Assembly (NCBI GenBank): GCA_043812495.1
Contig: JBDRMG010000024.1
Span: forward strand, 1-40,198
Length of the DNA stretch: 40,198 nt
Direction of reading: 5' to 3'
Source of the DNA: Candidatus Omnitrophota bacterium
Lineage (GTDB): Bacteria; Omnitrophota; Gorgyraeia; Zapsychrales; JBDRMG01
Part shown: in pieces, positions 37,552 through 40,198 of the stretch
Layout: every line of letters begins with the position of its first letter
Position numbering within the stretch: position 1 is the first letter of the stretch
The notes under the pieces: generated by a model
Told to the model about the DNA's origin: nothing
Database searches by the model: none
What the model saw: only the letters and a program-made list of their open reading frames with translations
Position numbers and translations under genes: made by a program

Positions 37552-40068
37552 ATGTTTCGGCGATTCATTCAATATTCCATTGATCATCCAAAAATCATTG
37601 CGGCTCTGACAGGTCTTTTGGTTCTCTTGGCCTTAGCTCAGTATCCCCGTATCAAAGTCGATACGGATCCTGAGAACATGCTCCCGGCAGATGCGCCGGT
37701 GCGCGTCTTTCATCATGAGACGAAAAGAGAATTTGCTCTCTATGATTTGATCGTGCTTGGTGTTGTTAATAATACTCATCCTTTGGGCGTTTTTAATGTT
37801 CGAACATTGACCCACATTTATGACATCACGGAAGAAATCAAGAAAATAAAAGGCGTAATTCGCCCGGAGATTATCGCCCTATCCACCAAGGACAATGTCG
37901 AGCAAGCCGAATTGGGAAGCGTTCGCTTTAATTGGCTCATGCAACAACCGCCCAAAAATGCCGATGAAGCTCTTAAAATTCGCGATAAGGCTATGGACAA
38001 CCCTATGTTTGCCGGTAGCGTTGTTTCGCAGGACGGACGTGCGATCGCGATTTATATCCCTATCGAAAAAAAGGATCTGAGCTATGAAATCGCTCAGGAC
38101 ATCAAAGATATTGTCCGAAAATATCCCGGAGATGAAAAATATCACATCACAGGCCTTCCTGTGGCCGAGGATCAATTTGGCGTTGAGATGTTTAAGCAAA
38201 TGGCCATTTCGGCGCCTTTGGCCGGTCTTGTGATCTTTCTTCTGATGTGGTTCTTTTTTAGATCTGCGACACTTATTGTGGCGCCCATGCTTCTTGCGGT
38301 GGCTACGGTTTTGATCACGATGGGGCTCTTGATCGGTTTCGGGTTTCCGGTCCACATTATGAGCTCCATGATTCCCATTTTCCTGATGCCCATCGCGGTT
38401 TTAGATTCCGTTCACATCTTGAGCGAATTTTTTGATAAGTATCAACGATTCAAGGACAAAAAGAAGACCATTCTCTTTGTGATGGATGAACTTTTTATGC
38501 CGATGCTCTTTACGTCTTTAACGTCTATGGCAGGATTTTTCTCGCTTTCGTTTGCGCCTATTCCGCCTGTCCAGATTTTCGGTATTTATGTGGCGCTGGG
38601 CGTAGGCATCGCGTGGATTCTAACGATGTCCTTTATCCCTGCCTTTGTGATGTTTATCCCCGAAAACTCTTTGAGAAATTTCGGTTCCAAAGGCCATGAA
38701 GAAAAATTTTCGCTGATCGATCGCTTTCTTGTGACGATGCGAACGATAGCGGTTGAAAAAAGCAAAATGGTATTAAGCATAACCGTGATCCTCATCGCTT
38801 TATCCGTTTATGGGATTAGCCATATTCAGGTCAATGATAATCCAGTGCGATGGTTCGAAGCTAATCATCCGATCCGCGTGGCTGATCGCGTCCTGAATCA
38901 ACATTTTTCAGGAACCTATACGGCGTATCTGGTTCTGGAAGCCAAAGACGGGGAGAGTGAAATATTTCTGGAGCCGGCCATGCTCTCCTACGTTGAAAAT
39001 CTTCAAAAGCAGCTGGTGCAAAGCGATCTTGCGGGTAAGTCCCTATCGCTTGCCGATATCGTTAAGAAGATTTATTATGAATTGTTGGGCGGCGATAAAA
39101 TCAATGATGTGATTCCGCCAACCAAGGCCGCTGTGGCCCAGTGTTTTATTTCCTTTGAAAACTCGCATAAGCCGGACGATTTGTGGCATCTGACCACGCC
39201 CGATTATTCCAAAGCCAATCTCTGGGTTCAGTTGAAAAGCGGCGACAACAAAGACATGAGTCAAGTGGCTCAATTTGTGGCCCGCTATTTGAAAAATAAT
39301 CCTCCGCCTTATGAGATAAAAACCGATTGGGCCGGACTCACATATATCAACATGATCTGGCAGGATGAGATGGTCGTAGGGATGCTCAAGAATTTCTTAG
39401 GCAGCTTTATCATTGTTTTGTTCATGATGCTCTTTTTATTTCGTTCACCCATCAAGGCCTTAGTTTCTATGGTTCCTTTGACGGTCACCATTCTTTTTAT
39501 TTACAGCCTTCTGGGATTTTTAGGGAAAGATTATGATATGCCGGTTGCGGTTCTCTCAGCCTTAACGCTGGGATTATCTATTGATTTCGCGATTCATTTT
39601 ATCCAGCGGGCAATCGAAGTCAACGACGAGGAGAAATCCTGGGACAAGACAGCGACGCGGATGTTTGGCGGGCCCGGGCGCGCGATCGTGCGTAATGCTT
39701 TGGTGGTCGCGATCGGATTCCTGCCACTTTTAGCCGCGCCGTTAGTGCCTTACAAAACCGTCGGTTTCTTTATGTTTGCTATTATGGCATTCTCGAGCAT
39801 TGCGACGTTGTTAATTTTGCCTGCGATCATTTCTTTAAATCCAAAATTAATTTTTGAACATCCGCAAAAGGGCATCGGCTGTCAATGCGGGCATTGCATG
39901 TTGATTGCGTTTTTTGTTTCCTGCGCGATCGCCTATATTTTATTCGGATATACAACGATCGGGTGGAAGACTTCCACTTTTCTAACGATCGGACTCATGG
40001 TTGGTCTGGCGGGACTTTGCCATCTGGCTTCAAAAAGTAAAATTTGTATTCAGGATAAAATATCATGA
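37552..40068 (+). CDS. MMPL/RND-superfamily transporter
   Basis: VDTDPENMLP, DSVHI, TSLTSMAGF, GLSIDFAIHF; two TM blocks with periplasmic loops. Confidence 0.9.
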   Translation: MFRRFIQYSIDHPKIIAALTGLLVLLALAQYPRIKVDTDPENMLPADAPVRVFHHETKREFALYDLIVLGVVNNTHPLGVFNVRTLTHIYDITEEIKKIKGVIRPEIIALSTKDNVEQAELGSVRFNWLMQQPPKNADEALKIRDKAMDNPMFAGSVVSQDGRAIAIYIPIEKKDLSYEIAQDIKDIVRKYPGDEKYHITGLPVAEDQFGVEMFKQMAISAPLAGLVIFLLMWFFFRSATLIVAPMLLAVATVLITMGLLIGFGFPVHIMSSMIPIFLMPIAVLDSVHILSEFFDKYQRFKDKKKTILFVMDELFMPMLFTSLTSMAGFFSLSFAPIPPVQIFGIYVALGVGIAWILTMSFIPAFVMFIPENSLRNFGSKGHEEKFSLIDRFLVTMRTIAVEKSKMVLSITVILIALSVYGISHIQVNDNPVRWFEANHPIRVADRVLNQHFSGTYTAYLVLEAKDGESEIFLEPAMLSYVENLQKQLVQSDLAGKSLSLADIVKKIYYELLGGDKINDVIPPTKAAVAQCFISFENSHKPDDLWHLTTPDYSKANLWVQLKSGDNKDMSQVAQFVARYLKNNPPPYEIKTDWAGLTYINMIWQDEMVVGMLKNFLGSFIIVLFMMLFLFRSPIKALVSMVPLTVTILFIYSLLGFLGKDYDMPVAVLSALTLGLSIDFAIHFIQRAIEVNDEEKSWDKTATRMFGGPGRAIVRNALVVAIGFLPLLAAPLVPYKTVGFFMFAIMAFSSIATLLILPAIISLNPKLIFEHPQKGIGCQCGHCMLIAFFVSCAIAYILFGYTTIGWKTSTFLTIGLMVGLAGLCHLASKSKICIQDKIS

Positions 40069-40128
40069 TTGTATCTACTGAATACCCCGCACCTTTTTCT
40101 CATTCATTTATCTTAAAGTCGCACGACC

Positions 40129-40198
40129 TTATTGGTCTTTTCCTTATTAATGGAACAGTCAATAATATTTTCTCTATACGAGAAAGAAGACCTTATAT
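40129..40198 (-). repeat. 108-bp dispersed repeat, copy 3 (truncated by window end)
   Basis: Matches 35114-35183 with 2 mismatches in 70 nt. Confidence 0.88.

Noticed and set aside
699..39491. Numerous short antisense or alternate-frame ORFs inside long genes
   Set aside because: Fully nested in well-supported CDSs with no independent motifs

Overview
Bacterial chromosomal window. The gene styles suggest a Candidatus Omnitrophota-like anaerobe, which is an inference only. In order it contains: the 3' end and right-end hairpin of an IS200-type tnpA; cupin and split cobalamin-dependent methionine synthase genes; a DsbD/CcdA-like redox membrane protein; and a type IV/MSHA-like pilus cluster (ATPase, PilC, major and minor pilins, PilM-PilN fusion, PilO, PilP-like). 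A four-helix-bundle gene bracketed by inverted 9-bp repeat arrays interrupts the pilus cluster. Next come a DUF2339 protein, a signalling island of histidine kinases and receiver proteins without output domains, a fused membrane/spermidine-synthase gene, a minus-strand FMN-binding plus AmmeMemoRadiSam radical SAM locus, PilZ, a K+ channel with a flavodoxin-2 gene, and ArsR with an MMPL transporter. Five signals stand out. (1) The radical SAM enzyme lacks its usual N-terminal 'EAxYW' segment, and that motif appears at the C-termini of both flanking ORFs, one an unannotated 57-aa Tat-motif peptide. The upstream ORF is in frame across a 144-nt hairpin spacer. (2) A four-copy modular palindromic element has a conserved scaffold, tandem GA mismatches and interchangeable hairpins. 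(3) A second near-identical 108-bp palindromic element occurs three times. (4) The four-helix-bundle cassette has a possible 'empty' relative at 30463-30564. (5) A small Arg/Ser-rich protein carries three tandem Tat-like motifs.
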